Assembly (NCBI RefSeq): GCF_000181795.1
Contig: NW_003526944.1
Span: 1,145,204 to 1,196,122 of the forward strand
DNA: 50,919 nt
Source: Trichinella spiralis
Taxonomy: Eukaryota
Direction of reading: 5' to 3'
Position 1 is the first letter of the stretch. Each line of letters starts with the position of its first letter. The translations under genes were made by a program, and so were the position numbers. This document shows, piece by piece, positions 11,151-24,406 of this stretch. The notes under the pieces were generated by a model, which ran no database searches, was not told where the DNA came from, and saw only the letters and a list, made by a program, of their open reading frames with translations.

Positions 11151-14062
11151 ATGACTACAGAGAAAAATGAATTTGGAAGTTCAAAAGTATTATTGTTTCT
11201 TTAAGTTTTTCTTTTTCCAAGTATTACATTTCAGCTCGACAAATATACTCGAGTTCAGTTATATGAAATTATCAAAAGACAAGCTGCACTGGTGCGCCAT
11301 TTGAAAGAACAAAAAAACAGTAAGCAACGTTTTCAACAGTATTTCTTTCTGATTGTATTGTTGCAGTTAGCAACAGTGATGCTGCTGTTAATAGCAGTGC
11401 CAAATTGGAAGAACGACAATCAGAAGAAAAAGTACATTTTATAATTTAATTTAAATCAATAGTATTTTTATTTTATCGCATTAATATATTTCACTTGAAC
11501 AGAAGATTACTGAATGTGATGCATCAGTTAGTGCATCACAACAACAATGTAACAACGAGGTATGTGTAGTGTATTTATTGATAAGGTTGGAGATTTTAAA
11601 TTGTATTTTCAATCATTGTAAAAAAAGCAGCAGAATGAAGTGCTTCTTCGTCTAAAAGATGAACTGAAATTACGAAAGTTTGATCTTGAAGCGAGTCGAA
11701 TTGAAATTGCCGAATTGAAATCTCAACTGAACGCACTTGCTGTGGTAATGTAGTTTTGTATTTTCTTCTGTTTAATAATAAAGATTTACATGTAGATATC
11801 TAAATTAACAGCTTGCAATTGTTGTATTTATAATATTGAAGGGTTCTGAAAGTGGAAATGAGAAACGTCTACGACTCGAAATTGCAGATTACGAGCGTGC
11901 TATAAAGAAATTTGAAGCTGATTTGGTCACATTACGTGAAGTTCACGAAAAGAAATGCCACGATTTCAATGACATTTTGAATGAAAAAGGTTATTCTCCT
12001 TACAATTTATTTTGTTTTAAAGAGTGAAAATTATTTTTATAGAGAATTTACAAATTCGTCTAGTGGAAAATGAACAATCGATAGTTAAACTTGAGGAAGA
12101 AGTTGAACATTTGAAAAATGCACACGAGAAGCTCATTGAAGAAGTTGCTTGAATATTGTTTATCGTCGACCGTATTCAGAAGTTTATTTTATAGTCGAAA
12201 GCATCAAAAGCAACGGCAGAATTTGCCCAAGTTGCCAGAGCAAACGTTGCAGCCGATATGGAAAAGCAAAAAGTGAGCTAAATTTTCATTTGTCTCTTTT
12301 AATAATTTATTCATTCGTATATTCCAGATGCAATTAACAGAAGAGATCGCCTTTGCAAACAAGCGTCTGGAAGCAAACCAACAATTGACAGCTGAGCTTC
12401 AACGACGCAATATCGGTTTAGAGAACGATATGCAATGTTTGCGAGATGAGCTTGCAAGTACAAGAGAAGCGTTCGATAGTTACAAAATAAAAAGTCAAGC
12501 TGCACTGTTGAAACAGCAACAAGAGCAGAAACATTTTCAACCTAGCAACAATGAAGAAAAGTAGATTGTAGAAAAAAAAATGCAACAGCATCAGCACTGG
12601 TGTTTAGCATATTTTTTTTCTTTAACCACAAGTTCACCTTTTTCAGGGAATTGCTCGAGAAACAAGTTGCCAGTTTGCAAGAGAAATTAGATAAAATGAC
12701 GTACGTGTGTAAAAATAATCAAGTGAAATTTTGTGATATTAGCGTGAAAATTAATACTTATTATTTTATAGTTTGTTGTATCAATCGGCTTGCACACAAA
12801 TACGAGATCTGAATGAGAATGAAAAGTTTTTCAAAGAGGAAATTCGACAACGCTTAGAATTAGCTGATGCGACTGAAAAATCACTCCTCGAAAAGTAAAT
12901 TTTACCGTTTTTGTTGTTTTCACTTTTCTTGATTTTAAGCCTTACATTTTTAAGGCTCAGTGCTTCTGAAAAGGAACGCAAACGAACAGTGGCTGAACTG
13001 AAAGCGCAGTTGGAAAATATGACAAAAGAAAAGGATTCAATTTCTGAAAAATACGATCAACAATTCAACTTACAACAATCCGAACATGCTACACAAATTA
13101 GCGAAATGGAGAAGAAGTTTGCTTCGTTGCAAGAAGAATGGGAAAAATTAATTTTGGACAGGAAGAAATCTACGTCGCCTGTTTTGACAGATCGGTCGTT
13201 CAGTTGCCCTCGAACACCACCATTTTATGAGCGGAAACCTGGAGAAGGTTCAGAAGAGATATCTTGCTTCACCGGTATTCACATTGGCAATGCAATGAAT
13301 GCTCAGGTATAGATTACAACTTGATGTTGTTACACGCTTTCATTTCATTTCATTTCTTTGCACAACATATGTATTTATTTAGGCATCTGAATGCTCAATT
13401 AGCCCAACATCATTGATTCCTCTCGATGAACTCATCGATGCAAGTGAGCACGATATATTTAATTTACCTGAAAAACAAATGGAACAGAAAATTTCATAAG
13501 GGCTTTTTATTTTAGCAGACATACCTCAGCAGAGTCCTTTTTATGCTGTTAATGCAGAAAATGGACATCAAGCTCTAGATGAGAGGGGAAAAAATCTCCA
13601 CCTTACAGAATTGCTTTACGAATCCGAATCCAACAATACTCGTTTGGAAGAACAGATTCGTCTGCTGAAAGATGAAATTCGTCGTCTGAATCGAAACCAA
13701 GAACGTGAACAGCATATTGCAAATGCAGAATATTTGAAAAACGTCATTCTTGAAGTTGGACTTTGTTGAACAACTGAAACCATTTTAAAATCGATTCTTT
13801 GTTGTTCTTTTTTAGTTTGTCGCACCGAAGATGCCAGATGCTCGGAAAAAGTTAATTCCTGTACTCACTGCCATGTTGAGCCTAAGTCCAAGCGAAGTGG
13901 CTATACTTCAAAAAGTTTTGGGCAAGAATACAGTTTTATAATTAAATTTACAAATATGTACATATATAACATGTTTTAGACAGCGACACTGATGACTCTG
14001 AAAAACAGTCAAAGCGCTATCAATGGTACGGTTATTTACCCCGATGGTCGGGTTTCAGTTGA
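11151..14062 (+). CDS. GCC2: GRIP-domain coiled-coil golgin, GCC185/GCC2-like
   Basis: Long coiled-coil exons. C-terminal GRIP NAEYLKNVILE|FVAPKMPDARKKLIPVLTAMLSLSPSE and terminal WYGYLPRWSGFS resemble the GCC2 end (recalled WASYLHSWSGLR). Last intron is GC-AG. Confidence 0.78.
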
Positions 14063-14232
14063 TTTTTTTCTCATTTATTTTGTTCATGTTCAACACAATA
14101 TGTGAATGAATTTAAATTTGATTTTAAAATAAAAAAAAATTAATTGTAAAATCAGAGCACGAACAAGGCAAATGAACATTAAAATATAATACATTCAGTG
14201 TTTCGATGAATAACATGAATACAACCAATGCT

Positions 14233-16189
14233 CTAATGCGGCAACATCGATGACATGTTGGAAGGCATGCTTAAATATACATCATAAGTATATGAAATTT
14301 ATACATAAGATATATAGTATAAAGTAAAATAAAAATCTAAAACAACATCACTTACTTATTTGGCGTATACATAATCGTTTGCGTAGGTAAAACAGTTGAA
14401 ATGGGTGGAATAATTTGCGGAGGAGCAAGCTGATTCACCTAAATAACAAAATCAAAACCCTTTGACGCTTTTCCATAATTACACTAGATAAAGAATTTAC
14501 GGTTTGAAATGGTGTCGCTTCATTCATAGCAGAATGATACAATGTTAACGCATCCAACAAACGTGAATTCACTTCGACAAGTTGATTATGCTCTCGATCT
14601 ATGGCTTCCAGTTCTTTTTCAATCGCTTGTGCCATTGACAGACATCTTTCTGAAATTTGAATAGTAAATTACAGAAATTGTTAAATGAACAAATCATTTA
14701 TCATTTACCTTCCAAAGCACACGTTTCAGGCGGATCTGGCCGTTCTCCAGTTGGATCCAAATCTTGCATAGCGATCAAACAATTTACCAATTTCTCCTAG
14801 GATGTTGTAAAACCGATTTAATAAAAATTAACAAAAGTTTCAAAACCTCTTCAACTTCATCAATTTCTGCTGGTGCTTCCGGTTGATTTGGTTGAATAGC
14901 AGTAATTAATACATTTTCATCAAAACTGACAGATTTTTTCCGTTCTGAAACAGTAAATTATAAAAATATATCAAACACAACAAATACTAGTTTTACCTTG
15001 TTTTTCCACAACAGTATTTAACTGATCAGTGACAAAACTAGCCGGAAAAAAGCCTTCACCTCGGTGATTCATACCTCGCCACCAATTAGGATCTCTTTAA
15101 AAAAATTATAACATTTTTTCACATCACATCATAATGAAATATAACTTACTCATCGTCAGTAACCGTTATCAATTCGCCGGCAAAAAAAGAAAGCTCATTT
15201 TCTTCAGCAGCCTCAAAATCGTATAGAGCTTTTACTGTACCATACTTGTTGCCTTTGTGATTACTTGTCGCATCAGCATTATCTCTTTGTATATCCTTCA
15301 GCGACAAGTCAATAGCTGAAGAAATTAAATTCTATGCAATGCATTTCAAGTATTAATTTACAATTGTCAAAATTAAAACAAATCCATTTATTTAAAAATT
15401 TCATAATGATATTATTTCCCTACCTTTGGCTAAATCTTCTTCCTCTTTTCTTATTGCCACTTCATCGTAAGTTTTTTTCGGTACGGACTACAGTAATAAA
15501 CAGTCAGCTTAAGTAAAACATTTTTATAAAACTATAAATTCATACATCAGCAAGAGGTGGAAACTCGTAACCCTGTCGTTCTAAATCAGCATACAAAACT
15601 CTCATGGGCCTATAAAAAATATTACATTAATAATGTTATTTCAATTATGTAAATGCTTACTCCATGTGGTAATCGACACCAGCTTCTTCCTTTCTCCAGC
15701 GTTTGATCAAACCACGCACTCTTTCACCAACAAGACGATTACTCTGAAAAATTGTTATTTACACATTCAACAAATATGATGTCACCGAATATCATATATA
15801 AAAAAGTTAAAACAAACGCTCACTCCGGTAGCTTTTGAGTTCAACTCATTTATAAATTCGCTAGTGCAAACTTCTTCTTTGAAATTACGACCGCAATTTG
15901 AAATACAAGAGTCAAGAACCGTCAGCGCAAGCATAACAACATGAGGATCTCGGTGATTAAGCCGTTTTCGTATTGATAACAGGCAGTCCTTAGCGGCTCG
16001 ACTATCACCACGAGAAACTTGATCACATATTTCCAAAATTATTGCCCAATTCAATGAAGTCAACTTGTGCGACGTAGCTCGTTCTATAATATTTAATTAA
16101 TTAATCGTATACTTAATTATTTGTTCAATAATATTACCAACAATAGCGTCAAACGGAGAAGAAGATGAACTAAACAAGTTCAACGGCAT
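14233..16189 (-). CDS. STAM: STAM, ESCRT-0 subunit (VHS-UIM-SH3-GAT)
   Basis: [28 protein letters not shown]...[47 protein letters not shown]3 [21 protein letters not shown]...[19 protein letters not shown]; last exon ends LPH* at 14233. Confidence 0.93.
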
Positions 16190-16506
16190 TTTTAATCACT
16201 ACTAGGACACCATTGTACTACAGTATGTTATACAATTAAAAGAAATCTTTCAAGTTTTATTCTTCAACTACAGTATGCATTGTTAATATAAACAAACACT
16301 AAATAATGTGCAACATTAAAATTATATTTTTTATCAATTGCATTATAGTATTCAATGAATTTTTTTTATTATTTAAAATATTTGCTTTACGCTCTAATTA
16401 CTGTTTTAATAATTACCTTTTGATTATCTTTTAAACAATTATCATTGCAATTTAAATAAATATTATTTCAAATTACTACTAATATAATTGTTTTTCAAAT
16501 AAATTG

Positions 16507-16531
16507 ATATATATATATATATATATATATA
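16507..16531. repeat. (AT)n microsatellite in the STAM/SCYL2 divergent intergenic region
   Basis: About 12 perfect AT units. Confidence 0.9.
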
Positions 16532-16947
16532 ATGAATTCAAATATTACATTAATGTTTTGCATCTTACATTGGGTAAAAATTAAAATAATTGCGCTAATA
16601 ATGTTCACTTAATAGAATGATTTGATATCAGTGTTCATTCTTCGATTATTTTTACAAATTTTAAAATGCCAGTTACTGATAAATTAATAAATATAAGCAT
16701 AGATGTGCGCATATAAATAAACATAATATACAGATAACCTGGTTGTAAGTGCAATATATTAGATTTGTGAATATAGTTCATAAATTATAAAATATTAATA
16801 TGTATCGATTTTTATTTTTAAAAAGTTCATTAAGATCACTTAAAAATTGTCAAACCTTTATATTTACAGTAGACAGTACTTGCATAAAATTGTTTCCGCA
16901 GAATTCTTCTGCTGTTGAGAATATTAAAATTATTGTTTTTTTAATTT

Positions 16948-19900
16948 ATGGATTATTTCAATAAACTCAAATCCACGGTATACAGCGTTAAAGCTACTGT
17001 TGATTCTGTTTTGCCTGGGAATGCTCTGACCCGGGATTTTGAATGGCTTCAGCATGTAGCGTCGGCTGGTCCTGGTCTTCTCTGGAAAGTTTACAAAGGC
17101 TACAAGAAGAGTAATAAAAGGGTAACTAGTGTTATGTTTCATTCTGAGACTATGCTGTGAAATTGGAATATGTAGGAGGTGTCGTTATGGTTATTTGAAA
17201 AAAAATTGTTGGATAAATTCACCCACAGTGAACGTAACCAAGTGATTGATTCGATTCGACGTGGGGTCTGTCAGCTGACGCGACTGAAGCACCCATATAT
17301 ACTAACTGTTGAACATCCTCTTGAAGAATCTCGGTTGCAGTTTTCTTTTTGAAAAGTAACTTATATGAATGTTTGTTTATTTAAATTTTTTAGAGATTCT
17401 CTCGCTTTCTGCACAGAACCAATTTTTGCAAGTCTAGCCAACACACTTGGTCGTATAGATAACATGCCACCGACTATTCCTGCTGAATTGGATTCATTTA
17501 GTTTTGAAAATGTTGAAATTAAGCATGGTTTGTTAACGGTGAGTTCATCTACGTTTCCAGTTTTCAGTGGCTACTGATCATGTAATATTTTCAGTTATTA
17601 CATGCGCTTTCATTTGTACATACGGATGCTCACATTTTGCACAACAACATTTGCCCGGAATCGATCATGATCACAAAAAGAGGTTGTTGGAAATTAGCTG
17701 GTTTTGAATTTTGCTCATCTTGCAAATCTTCTTCTGATCAACAGGTATTGCTGCTGAATGCTGCTGATTTATATTTGAAGAATATTAATTTTGTATTTTA
17801 TTTTCCAATATTTTGTATATTATTTGTTATTATTTTATCATCATTTCGTGTATGATTAGAATTTTTTTTCAAAACAAATAAATTGATAATACAGTATAAA
17901 GAAGTTCACGTAAAGTAATATCAAATTGTTACATTGTGACAGTATGCATTTGATGTAAAACGGTTGTTAATAATATAATTTTACATTAAACTTATAGAAG
18001 ATATTTTTTAAAATGAAATTTAGGTGCAGTTTGACGAGGTACGTTATGATGATTGTTTACCAGTTTTTGCACAACCATCACTGAACTATCTGGCGCCAGA
18101 AATAATTCTTGGTGGTCGAATTGACACCTCTGCTGACATTTATTCATTTGGTGTGCTTATTTTTGCCATTTTCAACAAAGGTCGTCCGATATTTGATTAT
18201 GAAAATAATATCAATTCGTTTGAAGCGAAAATCAGAGAGGTATTGGTTGAATATTATAACATGCATATACAGTTAATTAATATTTAGTTGAAAGTAATGC
18301 CACTGCCGTTGACGAACAATATTCCTGATGTTCTTAGAGAAGATTTTAAATTATGTTTTGTTTTGACGCCGGATTTGAGACCGGATGCTTCTCAGCTTAG
18401 TAGAGTAATTAATTAATTAATTAATTAATTGGAGGATTGAATGATTTTATCACAATTGAATGAATATTTAGATTGAATTTTTGGACAGTAGCGATGTGAA
18501 ATGTTTGGAAAGATTGGAAAATATGTGTCAGTTGAATGTTGGAGAGAAGATTGAATTTTTGAATGAATTGGATAATTTTGTTGGAAAATGTTCAAAAGTT
18601 TGTTTCATTAGAGAATCTATGTTTTTTTGTCGATGTTTTATCTATTGCAATGTGTGAAAATTGATTTAGCGTGTTTGTTATTGGAAAATTTTACCTTGGC
18701 TAATCGACGAATTGAAAATACCAGTGACCGCGTCGGCTGCGTTGTTGCGAATAATTTGCATAGCGAAGAAGTTGACTCAGAACGAGTACCAGCTTCGGAT
18801 ATTGCCCCCGGTGCTTGAGATGATGAAATCCGATGATGTGAAAGTGCGAGCTTTGTTGCTTGGTGAGATGCAGTTTTTATTGGAAAACACACCCCAGTCG
18901 GAAATCAAATCATCCATGTTACCATTTTTGTTCTCGTCTTTGGATGTTCAAGTGCCAGCTTTGCTAGTAAATTTTATGATTTATTAAAGATAGTATTAAT
19001 AATAATAATAATAATAATTGATAGGAACTTGCCTTGAAATCGATACCGACTGTAATTCACTTGATTGATTCGAAAACAATGAAAAATCCACTTCTGCCGA
19101 CGTTGTTGCGCTTAGCTACTGATGTCCAAGTGTTATCGGTACGATATTTATTATCTCTTTGCCAAATCACGCTTAATTGATGAACGTTTTATTTATTCAG
19201 GTCAAAGTAAACGCGTTGCTTTGCATTGGAAGTATCGTTAACTCACTTGAAAGATGGATGATAATGGAAATTGTGATACCAACTTTAGCGCGTATCAATT
19301 CACATGAACCTGGCGTATTAATGGTTTTATTAGGTATATCTAATTATGATTAGATAATAATGATAGTGTGAAATTTCATTTTTAGGAATATTTCAAGTAA
19401 TATTTAATAATAAACAGTTCAATTTATCGAAAGAAATTATGGCTAAATATTGTTTACCATCTTTATTAATGGCTAGCGTAGAGAATGGCTTGAATTTGGT
19501 GCAGTTTGAAAGTTTCATCAAGCTTATCAAAGAGATGTTATCAAAAATTGAGAAAGATCAACGTCTACGATTAGAAGGCGATACTCAGTCACTGCAAGAA
19601 ACCTTTTGGTATGTAAATGGATCCATTTGTTTTCAATTCATTGAATTAATTTATTTGAAATAGCAAATCGAAAAATGAAAATTTGATCATCAACATAGAA
19701 TGCAATTCTACAAAACCCAAAGTGAGCAATAGACGGATGCTAGTGGTATACTATGAGTGGCATGGATTATTAATATTTTTCAGGGTAGTCGACTGAGTTT
19801 AGAAGAGAAAAAGCGTTTAGCTTATGAACAGGAACAAGAACTTCGTTTGCGTTCACAAGCTCCTATAATGCCGATCATTGCGAGCAAAGAGAAACAAGCT

Positions 19901-20197
19901 CCTCCAATTAGCGCATTTGATGAATTGTCATTTTCATTAGCTTCTTCGTTGGAACTTGGTGGAAATGCAAAGCAGAATACTTCTGGCAATCCGTTTCGTC
20001 CGTGTTGGCAAAATGCTGCTCAACAGTCGGCTAATAGCACTGAGCCATTTTCAGAAACATCCCAGGGCGATCGTTGTTTAGCACAATCACAGCCAATAAT
20101 ACCGTTGATTCCACCTCCGCCCCCATCTCGAGCTGCTTCTTCTGTCAGTCAGGCTGTGAAGAAATCCAATACGAATTTGGACGATCCATTTCGTTGA
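16948..20197 (+). CDS. SCYL2: SCY1-like pseudokinase 2 (CVAK104) with HEAT repeats; C-terminal NPF and DPF endocytic motifs
   Basis: MDYFNKLKSTV..VLPGNALTRDF; ASAGPGLLWKVY; QLTRLKHPYILTVEHPLEESR; LAFCTEPIFASLAN; HNNICPESI; WKLAGFEF; LSLEEKKRLA; tail GNPFR...LDDPFR*. Confidence 0.93.
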
Positions 20198-20810
20198 ATT
20201 TTATAGAAATATGGAAGATAATTTGAATTTTTTATTTTCATTTTTTGTCATCTATTGAATAGAATAAAATGAATTGAATGCATTCGTGTTTGTTTTGAAT
20301 AAAAATTTTCGATGAGAGAGAGAAGATTGGATTTAGTTTGGATGATGATGATGATAATCATCATTCAGTGTAGTTTACTTGTATTAAAATGAGGCTACGT
20401 CGGTGGCATGCGGTGTTGTTCGCTGGCCCCCAAGTGGCTGGCTTGTTTCTTCTATTTTAAATATACTCGCTTCCAAAGCGATTCAAGTGCTATGAGCAAA
20501 AGGCGGAAAAGGGTGGCAACGTTTACACTGGCGTGAGGTGGACGCACGCTGGACAGGTTAAAACTGGCGTCTTGCTCAAGAGGCCATTGGTCAGTGCAAA
20601 CACGCCGGCCGGACATTCGTTGGTCAACCTGTCGCGGTTTTCAACATTCTCCACCACCTTTCGCTGTTGCTGTCGCTATACTACTACTATTGCTTGCTTC
20701 TACTGCTGTCATTGCCACTGCATAGCACTGTTTGCAATTTTATCCAAAATCACCATCAAACTGTTTATTCAAAAATTATTTCACCATTTCTTTGTACAGA
20801 TTCCAATTCA

Positions 20811-22025
20811 ATGATTCAACAGCAGCAGCAAAGTTGTATTTCGAGAAGTAAAATTCTTTACGGCACTTCTACCAGGGAAGCTTGGTTCAGTTTGGACGAT
20901 GTTTACAAGGTAATTATTTTACCATCTATTTGTTTTTTCTATTTTTTTAAATTTATTTCAATCAATCAAAATTAGCATCACATTGATGAAGTGAATGAAA
21001 AATTGTCATCACTTGATGATGGTATATGGGCGAAATTGATTCTGATGGAAAAGAATCGACGTATTGCAAAAGCGTATTTGCGATCTCCGGTTACTCGAGT
21101 TGACGGTTCTCGTGCAGGCTTCGATGGCCACGTTATCGGTTTCAATTCCTTTTGCTCTACACATAATGATGCTCAGGTTGCAGAAATTAGTGCAAAAATT
21201 AGTTCTGTAAGTAAATCAAAACAAAAAAACCGGTTTTTTTTGTTCTTAATTATTACATTTGTAATGGTATTTTAATTTTTCAAATAATATCAGGGTGTTG
21301 TGCTGAAAATCGATAATCAAGGTAATATTTTGGCCAAACGTCGTGGTCATTCGCCGGTCATTGTCCAAGGTGCTAATTGTCCGGATATGCATTGCTTAGG
21401 CAAAGATGTCATATCTATTGAAGGCCATCTCGAAGTGCAGAGAGCGATTAAGGTGAAATTTTCATTCTATACTAAACCAGAGATTTATAGTTTGTGTTCA
21501 TTGTTAATTTTGTTCAAGGTGTTTGACATGCGTTTGTTCAAAGAAGCTGTAGAAATTGAATTCAGACGTTCAAAGCCAGACATGAGAAAACTGTTTTACA
21601 AAAGTGTAGTTCGCATTTCGCTGGTCAAAGATGATCCCCATCCGCTGAAAACTCCGTGCTGGATTATGGTGATCAATTTGGTCGCCTTGGATGTAGTGAA
21701 CAGCAAAACAGCATCATCCGGTCAGCGGAACAGTTGGATGATGACGAGAGCTCAGTCCGAGCTAGATCTCAGAACGGGCAAAGTACCATTGGCCGGTAAT
21801 TTCAGCTTCAGCTCATCATCAGACCCTTCAAACGTGGTTACGAAACGGTTGTTTATGACAAAGCTGAAACCAAATTATTGGGCCAGTCACGAGCTAGCTT
21901 ATGAATCGTGTTGCTCTAGCAGTTCTCAAAGTTTTGTAAGTCATATTTTGTTCATCTTTGAATATGAAATCGCGGAAGCTAATTTTCAGTCAAGAGAAGT
22001 TCGCGTGTATTGCATCCATTGCTAA
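20811..22025 (+). CDS. Atypical Smad MH2-only protein, Expansion/Rebuf-like
   Basis: Spliced WFSLDDVYK|HHIDEVNEKLSSLDDGIWAKLILMEKNRRIAKAYLRSPV..DGSRAGFDG..|GVVLKIDNQGNILAKR..KVFDMRLFK..RISLVKD..LKTPCWIMVINLVALD matches the recalled Drosophila Expansion N-terminal MH2 region. No MH1 domain and no SSXS tail. Confidence 0.8.
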
Positions 22026-22376
22026 TATCAGCTTTGCAAAGTTCACGACACGCGATCATTTCTGAATCGTGCACTAACCAGTGTTTTTCATTTGCCTGTC
22101 AGCATTCAAGCATTGCTTGCTCACTGATTTATTTCTCTTTCAACCAGCACAACAGCATGAGTTGTTGATTTTGACAAAGCACTTGTTAATCTGAATCTCT
22201 TCCAATAATAGTAAATAAACACATATACAACTGATAATATATATGAACTTTTTTAAAAAATATCCATCTTTCGAACAGTTCATAATTTACATTTATACAA
22301 ATTCTTATATAAATCTGAATTACAACACAGTAGGAATTTTAAATTGTGCATTTCAAATTTAAAATATAATACTTAC

Positions 22377-22617
22377 AATTTGGGATTCTGGGAGATGAAT
22401 GGATCAAAGCGGCGTGGTCTAATGTTAAACGTTTCTGAATGCTTGTTCTATTTGTAAAATCACAAAAACAGGTCAGAGCTGTTAAAATCATTTGTACTGT
22501 TTGTACAAGCTGTCGAGAGAAACTTTCAACGCGTTGTATTGCGTACGTGAAGCGTGTTGGCACTTCATCTAATTTGCACACAAAAACAGAAAGATTGTTC
22601 AGTACAGTATGACATAT
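22377..22617 (-). other. Possible exon of an unannotated minus-strand transcript
   Basis: Acceptor aatccag| at 22618, strong donor gtaagt at 22376, one frame open throughout. No recognisable protein. Confidence 0.3.
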
Positions 22618-24406
22618 CTGGATTGATAGGAGGTTTAAAAAACACGTTTGTATACCAAATTATGAATATTGGTAGTTATGTCAGAAAATATTGTGCTAGG
22701 CTCTAAATTACATGAGTGATTGAGTTTGTTGTCGTGACGCTTGACTGAACGTTGTGATCACACAAACATGCACATACAAATGTACAAGCACTTTGGTTGT
22801 GTATTAATGATTATGTTCATTAAAAATATGCTAATAGAGTTGGTTGTTGGAAATATTGTAGCTTTCCAATGGACGATCGTCAAGTCCGAGTTTGCTGTCG
22901 GAAAGTTTCAGCGAAACCCAAACGACCGACTCTGGCTTTTTGGATGTGGTCAACAATGAAGCAGATAAAATTCCCGGTGAGTTCGGCTTTGACTGTTCGA
23001 CTTTTTCCCGTTATTAACAATAATTTAGTCAAAGAAGGGTCGGAAAAATGCGCTCCATTATTATGCGAATTGGAGGAGAGCCGCTCAGCGAGGTTGCACG
23101 AACAGCATCGAAGCATGTGCAAATCGAATGCTGAAATATATCGGCTATGATTCACTATTTGTCTTACTGTATTTTTGTAATGGCGATATTCAGGAAGAGC
23201 CAGATGAAAGAAGAAAAATTTTTTTTTTATTAAAACCGAAATAATTTTCAAACCCGTGTATGCACAATTGATTGTTGTTATTTACTGCAAAAGGTGGTGG
23301 TTTAATGTCCATTGTTGTAAACTGAGACCGGTTGCGATCACGTAGTTTTAAGAGAATGAAGCCGCATCTTCGCCGTAAACAATCCGCATTTTGATGCATC
23401 TTTTTCTGCCCATTTGTCAAGTTCTCGAACAAACAAACTTGACAATACATTTCCAGATTTTATTATTCTGACTAGCTGAATTTCGCGCATTTACTCTTGC
23501 TCACTGAAACAAATTGAAAAGAGACAAGCCACTTAAACGGAGTCGTATTGTGTTGATGCGCAGTTTATTCAAATTCTACACTGAACTACATTGTGTCACA
23601 CGTAATTTTAACAAATAAGCAGAAAACATTTGTAAATACGTCGACGGGTAATCTTTTTTGCACAACGCTTCGCTAAATTTGCTTATCAGCTACCACAACC
23701 AGTGGCTTTTACATTATTCGAACGAACTTTAATCTTTAATTTACATTAAATTACAATTGATCTGCGAAAAATTATTGCACATTACGTCATGCTTTTTTCC
23801 ACGTCGACAAACCAGAAACTGAACATCATTATTTATGTACAGTAGGCATCCTTTGCATTTTTTACTCGCCCAATCTCAACACTAATTCCTATAAACAAAT
23901 TCAATGCACTCGACTTCCTCAAATAACTAAGAAAGCTTTGCAGAGAAAAGTAAATATTTATTTTAAGGCGAACAATCGACAAGATGATAACAAGCAGGAA
24001 ACGCTTTTTCGAAGCTTCGCTAAATAAAATATTTCAATTTTGCTGGGTTAGCAAGTCCATTTCCAACTCAACAATCGTTCGTTTTACATATTCACTGCAA
24101 AAACTACTGCATTCAATGCAGCATGTACAGTTTAAAAATGTTTTAAATCTTGATTATTTTTATCAAAAACTGACAGTACATCACAGTGATTTCAGATGTT
24201 GTACTTTGTTTATTACTTTTGCACAGTAACATGGTGTTTGTTTTTCTTCTGTCCTATCACGAAACAGCACTGCATTGAAAATAAATAACACTTGCCATTT
24301 TTTAAAAGCTATTTGGCTTAGAAATTAATATAAACAAATTTATTCATCCCCTTTCCTCTGCTGCAGTAATGAACGCGTAACTACGTTGATGAAAATTTGC
24401 GATGCA

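Noticed and set aside
16217..16275. Recurring CTACAGTA/TACTGTAG motif near divergent promoters (1478, 10883, 16217, 16267, 36225)
   Set aside because: It also occurs inside coding exons (~15487, ~39032), and TACTGTAG can simply be a splice acceptor. Enrichment cannot be shown by eye.
17637..17720. Missing HRD/DFG kinase motifs (HNN, AGF)
   Set aside because: Normal for SCY1-like pseudokinases.
22724..22768. Short G-U-rich hairpin gtttgttgtcgtgacg...cgttgtgatcacacaaac as a candidate pre-miRNA
   Set aside because: The stem is short and bulged, and no known miRNA seed was recognised.
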